DNA of 62,537 bases from Chloroflexota bacterium (GTDB lineage: Bacteria; Chloroflexota; Dehalococcoidia; JACPQF01): positions 1-62,537 of the forward strand of contig JACPQF010000075.1 of NCBI GenBank assembly GCA_016190625.1. The letters are read 5' to 3'. Position 1 is the stretch's first letter, and each line of letters opens with the position of its first letter. Positions 8,276 through 16,533 of this stretch are shown here, in pieces. Made by a program: the position numbers and the translations under genes. Under the pieces are notes generated by a model that saw nothing but the letters and a program-made list of their open reading frames with translations, was not told where the DNA came from and searched no databases.

Positions 8276-9113
8276 ACTAGTCGATTTACACTCCCATACT
8301 ACGGCATCGGACGGTGTTCTTTCTCCAACGGAGTTGGTGGATCTGGCAGCGTCCAGAGGTCTGAAGATCCTCGCGATCACGGATCACGATTCCACCGAGG
8401 GTATCGAGGAAGCGCTCGAAGCTGCGCGCTTCCACCCCAACCTCCAGATCGTTCCCGGCATCGAGATCGGCACCGACGTCACCAACGGTGAAGTGCACAT
8501 CTTGGGCTACCTTCTCGACTACCACAACCCGTCATTTCAGGAGCAACTGAAGGTGATGCGGGAGTCCAGACAGGGCCGGGGCAAACGGATCGTCGCCAAG
8601 CTGGCCAACCTGGGCATCAAGATCGAGTGGAAGCGGGTCCAGGAGATCGCCGGCGGGGGCTCCGTCGGTCGTCCCCACATCGCGCAGGCGATGTTCGAGA
8701 GGGGCTACATACCATCCCTACAGGAAGCGTTCATCAAGTACATCGGGCGCACCGGCCCCGCCTACGCCGAGCGGTACAAGCTCACGCCTTTAGAGGCCGT
8801 CAAGCTGATCGCTCGTGTGGGAGGCCTTCCGGTCATCGCTCATCCTGGCGACATCCAAAGCCTGGAAGCGCTGGTCAAGAAGCTCAAGCCGGCAGGTCTG
8901 GTGGGAATTGAAGTATACTACGACGGATACCCGCCTGAGGTAATGAACGACCTGCGGAAGCTGGCCGAAAGACATGGCCTCATCCCCTGCGGTGGCAGCG
9001 ACTTCCACGGGCGAACGCCGGGCGCCGAGTCGGAGCTCGGCTCCACCAAGGTGCCAATGCCGTCTGCTCAACGGCTGCTCGCCCTTGCTCAACAACAATC
9101 TGCTCGAGGGTAG
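8229..9113 (+). CDS. PHP-domain metal-dependent phosphoesterase (TrpH/YciV-like)
   Basis: [18 protein letters not shown] and GGSDFHG motifs. The start is uncertain: ATG 8229 overlaps spoVS, and an in-frame TTG at 8259 is possible. Confidence 0.85.
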   Translation: MTVSGRPSESLSSQDELVDLHSHTTASDGVLSPTELVDLAASRGLKILAITDHDSTEGIEEALEAARFHPNLQIVPGIEIGTDVTNGEVHILGYLLDYHNPSFQEQLKVMRESRQGRGKRIVAKLANLGIKIEWKRVQEIAGGGSVGRPHIAQAMFERGYIPSLQEAFIKYIGRTGPAYAERYKLTPLEAVKLIARVGGLPVIAHPGDIQSLEALVKKLKPAGLVGIEVYYDGYPPEVMNDLRKLAERHGLIPCGGSDFHGRTPGAESELGSTKVPMPSAQRLLALAQQQSARG

Positions 9114-9118
9114 CCGAA

Positions 9119-9544
9119 ATGATCGATGCCAGAGGTATTCAGGAAATCCTCCCCCATCGCTATCCCTTTCTGTTGGTCGATAGGATCGTCGAGCTAGAGA
9201 GCGGGGCACGGGCGGTAGGGATCAAGAACGTTTCTGCCAACGAGCCCTTCTTTCAGGGCCATTTCCCCGGCCATCCCATAATGCCAGGCGTGCTCATCGT
9301 CGAGGCCCTCGCCCAGGTCGGCGCCGTGGCCATCCTGAGCCTCGAGGCGAACCGGGGAAAGCTGGTGCTGTTCGCTGGCATCGACGGCCTTCGCTTTCGC
9401 AAACCCGTCATCCCGGGAGACACCCTCCGCCTCGAAGTGTCCCTGACCAAGATCAGGGGTCCCGTCGGCAAGGGCGCGGCCAAAGCCACGGTGGATGGCC
9501 AGGTCGCCGCCGAAGGCGAGCTTACCTTCGCCCTCTCGACGTGA
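9119..9544 (+). CDS. fabZ: 3-hydroxyacyl-ACP dehydratase FabZ
   Basis: [13 protein letters not shown] and [23 protein letters not shown]. Confidence 0.95.
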   Translation: MIDARGIQEILPHRYPFLLVDRIVELESGARAVGIKNVSANEPFFQGHFPGHPIMPGVLIVEALAQVGAVAILSLEANRGKLVLFAGIDGLRFRKPVIPGDTLRLEVSLTKIRGPVGKGAAKATVDGQVAAEGELTFALST

Positions 9545-9642
9545 GGGTATAGGGCAAAGGGTAGAGGGTAAAGGGTAGAGGGTATTGGGGGGAGGCCCTC
9601 TACCCTCTACCCTCTACCCTCTACCCTCCGCCCTCAACCCTG
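9543..9642. repeat. hairpin element with heptamer-array arms (NAGGGTA x6 / CTACCCT-type x~6)
   Basis: Left arm 9543-9584, loop ttggggggaggcc, right arm about 9596-9642. Begins within the fabZ stop codon. Confidence 0.85.
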
Positions 9643-9656
9643 TTTCGTACCCCTGC

Positions 9657-9685
9657 TTGCGCCAGGGCCGTTCCTGTGGTAGTAT
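9657..9685 (+). promoter_or_regulatory. promoter TTGCGC-17-(TGg)TAGTAT for the GT9 operon
   Basis: Hexamers at 9657-9662 and 9680-9685, with an extended -10 TG. Confidence 0.5.
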
Positions 9686-9722
9686 TTCCCCTGCCTAGTG
9701 TAAGGGGACTTGTGGAAGAGAA

Positions 9723-10892
9723 ATGGGCCAGATACGCGATCTCCTTGTAAGCCTCGCTTGCCGTCTGCTTTCCCTGCCCTTTGCCGTTTTCTCGCCTGGC
9801 CTGCCGTCTGGCCGCTCCTTCTCCGCCATCGTCGTCTTCAAACCCTGCTGCATTGGCGACGTGGTGAATGCCACTCCCGCTCTCGCCGCCCTGCGCGAGG
9901 CCTACCCCAAGGCTCGCCTCGCCTTCGTGGTAGGCGACTGGGCCAGGGAGGCCATCCAGCATAACCACCTCGTCGACGAGGTGGTCGGGTGCGGAACAGT
10001 GGGCAGCGGACAGAAACAGAGCCGGCGGGAATACCTCGATCTGGTCCGGCGGATTCGCCGGGGCCGCTTCGATCTGGCAGTGGTGCTCGACCGGTCTCCC
10101 TTGGTGAGCATCATCCCCTTTCTGGCGGGAATCTCCCACCGGGCAGGCATCGACAGCGCCGACCGCGGCTTTTCTCTAACGATCAAGTCGCCTTTGCGGC
10201 GGAACCGGCATGAGGCAGAGCTCTACCTAGATGTTGTGAGGGCGCTGGGGATCAATCCGGGCCCGCACAGGTCATGCTTTCCCGTGGCGGACGCCGACAG
10301 ATCGCGGGCAGACGCCATCCTCGCCGGGGCGGAGAAAGACGCCGGCAGGCCAGGGGAAAAGCTGGCCATGGTCCATCCCGGCGGCGCCGTCAACCCCGGC
10401 ATGGTCCTTTCCGCCAAACGCTGGCTGCCCGATCGCTACGCGGCGATCGCCCGCCGCCTCGTCGAGGAGGGCTGGACGGTGCTGCTGGCCGGCGCTGCCT
10501 CTGATCGATCGGTGGTCGACGGGATCGTGAGTTCGCTCGACACCGCTGGCCAGCGAGCCACTAGTGGAATCGTCGACATGGTAGGCAGGCTGAGTCTCGG
10601 CGAATTTGCCGCTGTCGCCGCGCGTTGTGGTCTGTTCGTCGGCAACGATTCGGGACCCACTCATGTTGCCGCCGCCGTGGGTACGCCGACGGTCGCCGTT
10701 TTTGGCCCGTCCAACCCAGAGATGTACGCGCCCTACGGGCCGCGGGCGAGCGCCGTGTACAACAAGGTGACCTGCAGCCCCTGCTTCGTGGACGGCCGGT
10801 TCGTCGCCGACTGCCGTGATTTCAAGTGCATGCAGGCGGTAGAGGTCGAGCACGTGTGGCAGGCCATCGCGCAGGTGCGGGCAAAGCCATGA
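9723..10892 (+). CDS. glycosyltransferase family 9 (heptosyltransferase-like) protein 1
   Basis: IVVFKPCCIGDVVNATPALAALREAYPKARLAFVV and GNDSGPTHVAAAVGTPTVAVFGP, with a C-terminal Cys cluster. Confidence 0.85.
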   Translation: MGQIRDLLVSLACRLLSLPFAVFSPGLPSGRSFSAIVVFKPCCIGDVVNATPALAALREAYPKARLAFVVGDWAREAIQHNHLVDEVVGCGTVGSGQKQSRREYLDLVRRIRRGRFDLAVVLDRSPLVSIIPFLAGISHRAGIDSADRGFSLTIKSPLRRNRHEAELYLDVVRALGINPGPHRSCFPVADADRSRADAILAGAEKDAGRPGEKLAMVHPGGAVNPGMVLSAKRWLPDRYAAIARRLVEEGWTVLLAGAASDRSVVDGIVSSLDTAGQRATSGIVDMVGRLSLGEFAAVAARCGLFVGNDSGPTHVAAAVGTPTVAVFGPSNPEMYAPYGPRASAVYNKVTCSPCFVDGRFVADCRDFKCMQAVEVEHVWQAIAQVRAKP

Positions 10893-12052
10893 CGGGGCGG
10901 GAGAAGATCAGGCTATCTCTGCTGAGGGCGCTTGCCTTCGTGACCTTTCCCCCTGACCTGAGCAGGCTGGAGGAGACGGCGAGTATCCTCCTGGTGCGGC
11001 CAGACCACCTTGGCGACGTTCTGTTTGCTACCCCAGCGCTGCGCTTCCTCCGCCGGGCGCTGCCCAAGGCTCGCCTCACTCTACTCGTGGGTCCCTGGTC
11101 GAGAGACGCCGTGGCCAACAACCCCAATGTGGACGAGGTGATGACCTGCGAGTTCCCCGGCTTCACTCGCCGACCAAAGAGATCTCCGGTCTCGCCCTAC
11201 TCTTACCTCCGGCGGGAGGCCCGGCGCTTGAAAGAGCGGGAATACGACCTGGCCATCAACTTCCGCTTCGATTTCTGGTGGGGCGCCATGCTCACCTACT
11301 TCGCCGATATTCCCCACCGGATCGGCTACGCCACGCCCGAAACCAAGCCCTTCCTCACCTTGGCTCTGCCCCACCTTGGCGGCGTCCACGAGGTGCGCCA
11401 GAACTGGCGGCTGGCAGAAGTTGCCGCCCGGTTGGCCGGTGCGGACCTGTCTGGCTTGCCGAATGGCGTCGAGGGATCGAGTCTGGAGTTCCACGGGCAG
11501 CCGGTGGATGATGAGTTTGCTAGCAACTGGCTGAACGATAATCTGGCTGGAAGCTCGTTCGCCCTCCTCCATCCCGGGAGCGGCTCGCCGGTCAAGCTGT
11601 GGCGGGCGGATGGCTTCGCCCGCGTGGCCGACGAGCTGGTCGAGCGATTCGGGCTGCGGGTGGTGCTGAGCGGCGCAACGGCGGAGGAGCCGCTAGTCAA
11701 AGACGTCAGCCGGCAAATGCGGCAAGAGACGACCGAGCTCATAGGATTGACGCTTGGGCAGTTGGCCAGCGTGCTCGGCCGCAGCCGTTTGGCCATCGGC
11801 GTCGACAGCGGCGTCATGCACCTTGCGTCGGCGGTGAACACGCCTACCGTCCGCCTCTACGGCCCGGTGGACGACGCCACCTTCGGCCCCTGGGGAAGGG
11901 AGAGTCGGCACGTGGTGGTCAAATCTGACATGGATTGCATTCCGTGCGACCGACTCGACTACGACCCGCGTGACCTGGGCGAGCACCCCTGCGTGAGGAA
12001 CATCGACGTCGAGCAGGTCCTCGCCGCGGTGACGCGGATTCTCGCGACGTGA
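10889..12052 (+). CDS. glycosyltransferase family 9 protein 2
   Basis: ILLVRPDHLGDVLFATPALRFLRRALPKARLTLLV and GVDSGVMHLASAVNTPTVRLYGP. Its ATG overlaps the upstream stop (ATGA). The track start at 10826 is over-extended. Confidence 0.85.
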   Translation: MTGREKIRLSLLRALAFVTFPPDLSRLEETASILLVRPDHLGDVLFATPALRFLRRALPKARLTLLVGPWSRDAVANNPNVDEVMTCEFPGFTRRPKRSPVSPYSYLRREARRLKEREYDLAINFRFDFWWGAMLTYFADIPHRIGYATPETKPFLTLALPHLGGVHEVRQNWRLAEVAARLAGADLSGLPNGVEGSSLEFHGQPVDDEFASNWLNDNLAGSSFALLHPGSGSPVKLWRADGFARVADELVERFGLRVVLSGATAEEPLVKDVSRQMRQETTELIGLTLGQLASVLGRSRLAIGVDSGVMHLASAVNTPTVRLYGPVDDATFGPWGRESRHVVVKSDMDCIPCDRLDYDPRDLGEHPCVRNIDVEQVLAAVTRILAT

Positions 12053-13272
12053 GCGCGGCCGCCGGGGGACCGGCTCCGAAATTCCCGCTTCGGCGCCGGC
12101 TTAAGAGCGCCGGGCGCCGGCTACTCGTCCTGCTTGTCTGGTTTGCGGCGACGGCTGCCGGGCTAGCAGCCTGGCCTTTTGGTCGACGACGGACAGATTT
12201 CGTTCCGGAATCCGTCCAAAGGATTCTGGTGATCAGGTTAGATCTGCTCGGCGACCTGGTTCTATCACTGCCGGCAATAGAGGCCCTCCATACCGCCTAT
12301 CCCAGGGCCGCCATATCGGTCCTGGCGCTGCCCTACACGGCGCCCCTTCTCGACAGGTGCCCTCATCTCGCCAAAGTGTTTTCCTTCGACGTGAATCGGC
12401 TGCGCCCCTCGGGCGACCTGTTCCGGGCCTCAACGTATCGCGACCTCTGGCGCCTGCTGCGGTCACTGCGGGCCGAGCGCTTTGACCTCGCCGTAAGTCT
12501 GCATGGCCTGTGGGCCAGCCTGCTCGCCTTCGCCAGCGGCGCTCTTTTCCGCGCTGGCTACCGTGACGAAAGCTGCCCTTTGGTGTTGAACCTGGCGATT
12601 CCGGGCAAACGTTACGAAGAGAGGAAACACGAAGCGGAGTACTGCCTGCACCTCGCCCGCTCCCTGGGTGCGCGAGTTGGTGGATACCCGCCGGTACTGA
12701 CGCCTGCCCCGGCGGCGGTGGCTGCCATCGATCGTCTGGTGGGCCTGCGGTCCCCCAGTCTTGTCGTCCTTCATGCGGGCGCGGCAAACGGCGCAGCTAA
12801 ACGCTGGACGGCAAGAGGCATGGCCGCTCTGGCGGACCGGCTCATCGGAGAGGACAGACTGCAAGTGGTGTTCACGGGGTCGGCTGGCGACCTTCCGGTG
12901 GTGGAGAGCATCACGGCTCTCATGCGTCACGTTCCCCTGGTTCTTGCGGGAAGGACCTCCATACCCGAGCTGGCCGTCCTGCTTGCGCACTGCCGTCTTC
13001 TCGTCAGCGGCGACACGGGACCGATGCACCTGGCGAATGCCCTCGGCACGCCGGTCGTCGCCATCCACGGCCCCACTGACCCGGCGCTCTCCGGACCCTA
13101 CGGCGGGTCGGCCATCGTCGTTCGCAAAGAAGTTCCCTGCGGCCCCTGCTACGACCTCAGCGAGACCGCCGACTGCCCCAGAAACGATCCCGTCTGCATG
13201 ACCGGCATCACCGTGGATGAAGTCTACGCCGCGGCGAAGCGGCAGTTGGAGAGAAACCACCAGAATTCCTAG
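12049..13272 (+). CDS. glycosyltransferase family 9 protein 3
   Basis: ILVIRLDLLGDLVLSLPAIEAL and SGDTGPMHLANALGTPVVAIHGP. Its GTG overlaps the upstream stop (GTGA). Confidence 0.85.
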   Translation: MSAAAGGPAPKFPLRRRLKSAGRRLLVLLVWFAATAAGLAAWPFGRRRTDFVPESVQRILVIRLDLLGDLVLSLPAIEALHTAYPRAAISVLALPYTAPLLDRCPHLAKVFSFDVNRLRPSGDLFRASTYRDLWRLLRSLRAERFDLAVSLHGLWASLLAFASGALFRAGYRDESCPLVLNLAIPGKRYEERKHEAEYCLHLARSLGARVGGYPPVLTPAPAAVAAIDRLVGLRSPSLVVLHAGAANGAAKRWTARGMAALADRLIGEDRLQVVFTGSAGDLPVVESITALMRHVPLVLAGRTSIPELAVLLAHCRLLVSGDTGPMHLANALGTPVVAIHGPTDPALSGPYGGSAIVVRKEVPCGPCYDLSETADCPRNDPVCMTGITVDEVYAAAKRQLERNHQNS

Positions 13273-13565
13273 CGGTCTTTCGCCCGCCGGTAGGCGGTGT
13301 CGTGGACGCCGATGGCGACGATGCACACGCTTTGTCGGGCGTCGTCGACCTCAAAAACAATTCGATAGGGCACACCGCGAAAGGAAAAGCCGTAGGCCCG
13401 GACGTGGGATAGGTCGCCTTTTTTTCGCTCTCCGACCCCTATCGGGTCCTTAGCGATTAGAGGAATGTGCTCGGCAATCAGCCGCACGGCCAAAGTGGGA
13501 TTGTGCTTGATCAGCTTGCCCAGATCGTCCACTGCCGAGGTGAGGAACTCGAGGTCGCAGGCCAA
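13269..13565 (-). CDS. type II toxin, RelE/ParE family
   Basis: GVPYRIVFEVDDARQSVCIVAIGVHDTAYRR is typical of the ParE/RelE C-terminus. Small size and location 6 nt downstream of a small partner ORF. TTG start. Confidence 0.7.
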   Translation of the reverse strand: MACDLEFLTSAVDDLGKLIKHNPTLAVRLIAEHIPLIAKDPIGVGERKKGDLSHVRAYGFSFRGVPYRIVFEVDDARQSVCIVAIGVHDTAYRRAKDR

Positions 13566-13571
13566 GTCGAG

Positions 13572-13928
13572 CTACTTCAGACCAAGACGCGCCCTGGCTG
13601 CGGTGACGACTTCCGCACCCTGAACCCGCTTCTCGCCAAGCCGGGCGCGCACCAGCTCGTTTTCATCAGGCCCACCAAGTAATGGCACTCCCGATTGCGC
13701 CGCTAGTTGGCGCTCCAGCCCAGCGATCAGGTCGAGGAGCTCCGCATGGTCCGATGTCAACTCCACCAGTCCCTCCAGAGGCACCACAGCCATATCCTCG
13801 TGTTCGCCAAAGCGAAGGCTGTATACCATCCCCTCTTGGCCAACCTCCCGGTGAATGTCGTTTGCCTTCTTCTTGAGGTCGCTTATCGTCACGCTCTTCC
13901 TTCTCGCCACAGATGCCAGGTCGATCAT
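13572..13928 (-). CDS. putative antitoxin (Phd/YefM-like position)
   Basis: Immediately upstream of the toxin. RBS GGAGG lies 5 nt before ATG 13928. Family not recognisable by eye. Confidence 0.5.
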   Translation of the reverse strand: MIDLASVARRKSVTISDLKKKANDIHREVGQEGMVYSLRFGEHEDMAVVPLEGLVELTSDHAELLDLIAGLERQLAAQSGVPLLGGPDENELVRARLGEKRVQGAEVVTAARARLGLK

Positions 13929-13977
13929 GAATACCTCCATATCCTTCCGATATCCCTACCGTACTTTCCGCGTATTC

Positions 13978-14006
13978 ATTATAGGGCATGTAGAGTATGC
14001 TCGCAA
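13978..14006 (-). promoter_or_regulatory. promoter TTGCGA-17-TATAAT for the toxin-antitoxin operon
   Basis: Reverse complement of 14001-14006 and 13978-13983. The spacer contains GCAT-N7-ATGC. Confidence 0.55.
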
Positions 14007-14138
14007 CACCCATCCCGCCGAGGACACTGTTCAATGGTGTTAGTAGAGGTCCTCTTGCCCAACCGTCGGGGACGGCTGCTTGACTCCCCAAGAGCTTCGC
14101 ATGTACACTGGAACCCAGTTCGAGATGGAGGTGCGGAG

Positions 14139-15329
14139 ATGGCGCGGCCGTTGGAAGGCGTCACAATACTGGACCTAACGTGGGCGCTGTCGGGGCCGTT
14201 CGGGACGATGGTGCTGGCCGACCTGGGGGCGGAGGTCATCAAGGTAGAGCGACGGGTCGTCGGCGACCTCGCCCGGAGCACCGGCCCTTTCGTCGGCGGC
14301 GTCAGCACCTACTTCTTTAGCATCAATCGCGGCAAGAAGAGCGTCACGCTCGACTTGAAGACGGACAGGGGAAAGGATGTCTTCCTTGGGCTGGTCGAGC
14401 GCGTCGACGTGCTTACCGAGAACTTCGTCCCGGGAACAATGGCGAGCCTCGGCCTCGACTACGCGGTTCTCCGCCAGCGTAACCCCCGCCTCATCTACGC
14501 CGCCACCTCCGGTTTTGGCCAGACTGGACCATACGCCAACAGGCCGGCCCTCGACATTATCGTCCAGGCCATGTCGGGCCTGATGAGCATCACTGGTGAG
14601 CCGGACAGACCCCCCATGAGAGTTGGCGCCTCCGTTGGCGATACAACGGCCGGCCTGTTCATGGCTATTGGCATTCTCGCCGCTCTCCACGAGCGCAGCA
14701 GAAGCGGCCAGGGACAAATGATCGACGTCAGCATGCTCGACTGCCAGCTCTCGATAATGGAGAACGCCTATGTCAGGTACCTCAACACCGGCGAGATACC
14801 CCGTCGCATTGGCACTCGCCATCCGGTTATCGCGCCTTTTCAGGCCTTTCCCACCAGGGACAACTGGATCGTTATCGCCATGGGAGGCGGAACCAATCGT
14901 TGGGCGCTGTTCTGCGCTGCCATCGACCGGCTGGACCTGATCGACGACGAGCGCTTTCAATCCGGCTACTCTCGCAGTCGGAACGTGTACGAGCTGGAGC
15001 CGATCATCGCCGACGCGCTGAAGAAAAAGACGACGGCCGAGTGGCTCGCCGATTTCGCCTCCATCGGTCTACCCTGTGCCCCCATCAACCGAATCGACCA
15101 GGCAGTCGCAGATCCCCAAATCTCCGCCCGCCAGATGATCGCCGAGGTGCCGGCGGGAAACGGCACAAGCATGCGCCTCGTGAACACTCCAGTCAAGATG
15201 TCCCGCACGCCGTGTACGGTCGAGCAAGGCTCACCGGCCCTAGGCCAACACACCCGCGAGATCATCTCCTCCCTGCTCGGCCTGAGCGAGGAGGAGCTGG
15301 ACGGGCTGGAAAAGGAAGAGGTAATCTAG
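14139..15329 (+). CDS. family III CoA-transferase (CaiB/BaiF family)
   Basis: MARPLEGVTILDLTWALSGPFGTMVLADLGAEVIKVE. The track ORF start at 13707 is an antisense over-extension across the toxin-antitoxin genes. Confidence 0.9.
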   Translation: MARPLEGVTILDLTWALSGPFGTMVLADLGAEVIKVERRVVGDLARSTGPFVGGVSTYFFSINRGKKSVTLDLKTDRGKDVFLGLVERVDVLTENFVPGTMASLGLDYAVLRQRNPRLIYAATSGFGQTGPYANRPALDIIVQAMSGLMSITGEPDRPPMRVGASVGDTTAGLFMAIGILAALHERSRSGQGQMIDVSMLDCQLSIMENAYVRYLNTGEIPRRIGTRHPVIAPFQAFPTRDNWIVIAMGGGTNRWALFCAAIDRLDLIDDERFQSGYSRSRNVYELEPIIADALKKKTTAEWLADFASIGLPCAPINRIDQAVADPQISARQMIAEVPAGNGTSMRLVNTPVKMSRTPCTVEQGSPALGQHTREIISSLLGLSEEELDGLEKEEVI

Positions 15330-15330
15330 T

Positions 15331-15553
15331 AGCTGTCAGCTATCAGCCTACAGAATAGCCCACGAATCCTATGAAGATTAACAAATAAAGCGGATATTTG
15401 CCCGTAGGGGCGATGTCCTTCGGCTGAAGGATGCTCGCCCCCGTCCCCCACCTTGGCCGCCACGGAGGGTCGGCCACTGCGACGAACACTCGGTTGTGTT
15501 GTCAACGTTCATTCGTCCGCAGGCTGACGGCTGACGGCTGACGGCTGACGGCT
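15331..15553. repeat. second copy of the heptamer-armed foldback family (TCAGCNN x~2 at 15336-15349; GCTGACG x~4.4 at 15523-15553) with a nested REP palindrome (15404-15442)
   Basis: Core ends ..ATAGCC..CG.A.TC.TATGAAG.. and CTCGGTTGTGTTG..TTCATT..TCCGCAGG match the 2905-3252 element. Fills the whole gap. Confidence 0.85.
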
Positions 15554-15572
15554 AATGGGGTATAATGCAAGG

Positions 15573-16118
15573 GTGAAATGCGCTCAGCACCCTAACGTCG
15601 ATACCAACCTTCGCTGCGGGAAATGTGACAAGCCCATATGTCCCAAGTGCATGGTCTACACCCCGGTTGGAGCGCGGTGCAAGGCTTGCGCTCATCTCAA
15701 GCGGCTGCCTATGTTCGAGGTCACGGCTTCCCAATACGCTCTGGCCGCCGGGCTGGGCATCGCGCTCACTTTGGTCGCCGGCAGCCTGTGGGCGCTGCTG
15801 CTAGTCGCCATTCCCTTCGTCGCCGCCTTTGTCCCCCTTGCGGCGGGCTATCTCGTCGGCGAGGCTATCAGCCTGACGGTCAACCGCAAGCGAAGCGTCG
15901 GGCTTCAAGTCATCGCCGGCGTCACCGTTCTTGCCGCCTACGTTTTCAGCCGGATGGCTCCCTTTATCGTTGCCAGTCTGGCTAGCTCGCAGAGTCCCTT
16001 GAACGCCCGCATGCTTCTCCGGCTGGGTGGCTTGATCGTCGCCGGCACGGTCGGCCAACCGCTGGCCCTGTTGTTCCTGGCTCTGGGCATCTATCTGGGT
16101 GTTTCACGCCTGCGCTGA
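15573..16118 (+). CDS. zinc-ribbon (B-box-like CxxC x4) membrane protein, 4-5 TM
   Basis: CAQHPNVDTNLRCGKCDKPICPKCMVYTPVGARCKAC followed by hydrophobic helices. GTG 15573 is preferred because TATAAT (15561-15566) lies inside the track ORF start at 15555. Confidence 0.6.
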   Translation: MKCAQHPNVDTNLRCGKCDKPICPKCMVYTPVGARCKACAHLKRLPMFEVTASQYALAAGLGIALTLVAGSLWALLLVAIPFVAAFVPLAAGYLVGEAISLTVNRKRSVGLQVIAGVTVLAAYVFSRMAPFIVASLASSQSPLNARMLLRLGGLIVAGTVGQPLALLFLALGIYLGVSRLR

Positions 16119-16290
16119 CGCCCGGGCCCAACCAGACATTTGCGGCTAATCGCCGGCCTGGCGGCTTGAGTTTGCTTTGGCGGTCGCCCGGGAGACATAA
16201 ATCGCCGGACTGCGCACTAAACTCATTTGCATACCTGAGGCGAGCATTTGAAGAGATCTGACCCCGAGCTACCTGAGGGAGGGGAACTAG

Positions 16291-16485
16291 GCAGCTCCGA
16301 ATCCGGGCCGGGATCTACCCCGCCATCGCAGGGATGTTCCCGTCACGGTTGTCCTGCCGGAGTTCGTCCCCAACCACTGGTGGGAGTTCTTCTTGCACAA
16401 CCAGACGGCTCTCCGGCTGAATCTCGCCCTCTTCTTTCGGCCAAACACCATAGTGGTCGACGTGCCTTATCGCACGCGAGGCTGA
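16291..16485 (+). pseudogene. C-terminal remnant resembling the conserved tail of Actinobacteria/Chloroflexi-type amino-acid (APC) permeases
   Basis: Translated by me: ...VTVVLPEFVPNHWWEFFLHNQTALRLNLALFFRPNTIVVDVPYRTRG*. Bounded upstream by an in-frame TAG, with no start codon or N-terminal domain. Confidence 0.4.
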
Positions 16486-16533
16486 GAACCCTCCTTCTCC
16501 GGCGTTGTGATACAATAGGAGCGGGAGGCAGTC

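Noticed and set aside
13269-13272. Convergent genes (GT9-3 and the RelE-like toxin) share the palindromic CTAG, so their stop codons overlap.
   Set aside because: The overlap is real but a trivial consequence of tight packing, and no functional inference is warranted.
13707-14138. The N-terminal 144 codons of the 540-aa track ORF, fused to the CoA-transferase.
   Set aside because: This part runs antisense through the toxin-antitoxin genes and their promoter. The family III transferase signature begins at MARPLEG (14139), which has a GGAGG-like RBS.
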